A DNA stretch of 63,989 nt, counting the filler, from Circinaria calcarea (Eukaryota), in NCBI GenBank assembly GCA_051942165.1. It is 4 parts of 4 records of this genome, joined end to end, with 100 filler letters (N's around TTAATTAATTAA, not from the genome) between each part and the next. Parts side by side here need not be neighbours in the genome. Positions count along the whole stretch, not along the records: positions 48,659 to 63,989 come from JAVECS010000370.1; 3 more parts are not named here. One strand, written 5' to 3'. Shown in pieces: positions 62,267-63,989 of this stretch. The notes under the pieces were generated by a model. That model did no database searches. It was not told the origin of the DNA and saw only the letters and a list, made by a program, of their open reading frames with translations. Positions within the stretch are counted from its first letter, which is position 1; every line of letters begins with the position of its first letter. The translations under genes were made by a program, and so were the position numbers.

Positions 62267-63498
62267 ATGGCAGCGCCGAGCGTCATGTCCACTCAGTCCA
62301 ACCCTGTTATACCCAAGAGCCATGTCGGATTCGACAGCATCACAACCCAGATAGAGCGCAAGCTATTGAAGCGTGGCTTTCAATTCAATGTTATATGCGT
62401 CGGTACGTTAGCCTGAGTCTTGCTAAGAACAATACTTAAGAGAATACAATCAGGTCAAACGGGGTTGGGGAAGTCGACCCTCATAAACACCATCTTCGCA
62501 TCCCACCTCATAGATTCAAAAGGGCGTCTGACGCCAGACGAGGCGGTCAGATCGACTACAGAGATTCAGGCAGTGTCACATGGTATACTCAAATCCCACT
62601 CGGTACCAGAACACCTGCTAATAACAATATTAGTCATAGAAGAAAACGGAGTACGACTGAGGCTCAACATTGTCGATACCCCAGGGTATGGAGACCAGGT
62701 CAACAATGATAGATGGTATGTGGTGACGAGGGCCATAAACCGGCCACAGACTTCTAATGAACCGCAGCTGGGATCCTATCGTCAAATATATCAAAGACCA
62801 ACACTCAGCATACCTCCGAAAAGAGCTTACCGCTCAGCGAGAACGATATATTCAAGACACGCGCGTACACTGCTGCCTCTTCTTCATTCAGCCTTCGGGG
62901 CACGCGTAAGTCACACCGAGGTAAATTTTCAGCTCGATTATTCATATATCACAGCCTCAAGCCCATTGACATCGTCGTCCTTAAGAAACTCTCCGACGTC
63001 GTCAACGTCGTCCCCATCATCGCCAAATCCGACTCCCTCACCCTCGAAGAGCGCATGGCCTTCAAAGAGCGCATAAAGGAAGAATTCGCCTTCCACAACC
63101 TCCGCATGTTCCCCTACGACAACGACGAGCACGACGAAGAAGAACGCGCCACCAACACCAAAATGAAGGACCTCATCCCCTTTGCTGTCGTCGGCTCTGA
63201 AAAGAACATTGTCGTCGGAGGCCGCTCGGTGCGCGGCCGGCAGAACAGATGGGGCATCATCAACGTCGAGGACGAGAACCATTGCGAGTTTGTTTACCTA
63301 AGAGACTTTTTGACGCGCACACATTTGCAGGATCTCATCGAGACGACGTCGCAAATTCATTACGAGACCTTCCGCGCCAAGCAGCTGTTGGCCTTGAAGG
63401 AGAATGCCGGCTCGCATTCTGGGAGCAGGCCGATAAGTCCTTCGGCGGATCGGGAGTTGAGCAGGCAATCGCAGAGGATGACGATGAACGGGTATTAG
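62267..63498 (+). CDS. CDC10: Septin, Cdc10/AspD class; multi-exon
   Basis: HVGFDSITTQIERKLLKRGFQFNVICV|GQTGLGKSTLINTIF, DTPGYGD, AKSD, IPFAVVGSE, RWGIINVEDENHCEF and HYETFR. Confidence 0.93.
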
Positions 63499-63989
63499 AC
63501 GTGGATATTGTCGACAACTGCCTCAACGCGTCTCTCCCCAAGTAATTCAGGGAATGGGGATCAAATGGGGGATCAGGGACAGCAACTACCTCGAACACGT
63601 CTCCGTCTCAGAACATTACTGTTATTTTTCTTCTCCTCCTTTTGCAGGCTAGAATGCCAGCTCTAATGGCACAGCAAGCGATCTTTTTTTTCCCCCATGC
63701 GGCACCTCTATCTAGAAACCAAAAAATTTACCTTACCACCTAGGAAAGGTTCCCCCGTGACCATATAAACCATGGAAACAAGAAGCCACCAAACCCCCCG
63801 TAATCCTTGGGTATCTCTGTATCCTCTGTTTTGAAAAATCCCCCGTGGAATTATCCCCTGTGGAATCTTTAAGCTTTTGGAGTAGGGAAACTGCAAACAC
63901 GCTATCCCAGATCATATCGTATCGTATCACATCGTATCGTTTCTTTCCTGCTCCCTCTCCTCCCCTTCCCTCTTCCCCTCATCCCTCCC

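Overview
Intron-rich genomic DNA of a filamentous ascomycete (Pezizomycotina; some orphan families hint at a lichen-forming lineage, which is inference). The window is not one locus. It is four contigs joined by an artificial 100-bp spacer (44N-TTAATTAATTAA-44N) at 16179, 32371 and 48559, apparently sorted by size (>=16178, 16092, 16088 bp, then one cut by the window end). Contig 1 carries a fungal NLR (HeLo-like N-terminus, NACHT, ~17 ankyrin repeats with recent internal duplications) directly downstream of an Mx-like dynamin GTPase. It also has a conserved hypothetical gene, a Dal5-type MFS transporter and a secreted alpha/beta-hydrolase that seems to have lost its catalytic Ser and His. Contig 2 carries a PTH11-like receptor (truncated), an amino-acid permease, NDUFAF6, a repeat-rich hydrophilic protein, GTPBP1, LSM3, AEP2 and a terminal inverted repeat. 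Contig 3 carries MRM1 (partial), an SRY-repeat orphan, a Cys-containing hypothetical, a CCCH zinc-finger gene, RSM24, ALG13, a HAD hydrolase and AP-3 mu (partial). Contig 4 carries RNR1, a small decaying accessory island (PTH11-like pseudogene, SAM methyltransferase, P450 with one internal TGA), SKI8/REC14, MRPL32 and the septin CDC10/AspD. The best candidate for a new system is the NLR plus dynamin pair. Gene models were assembled by eye from GT-AG sites, and no database searches were run.
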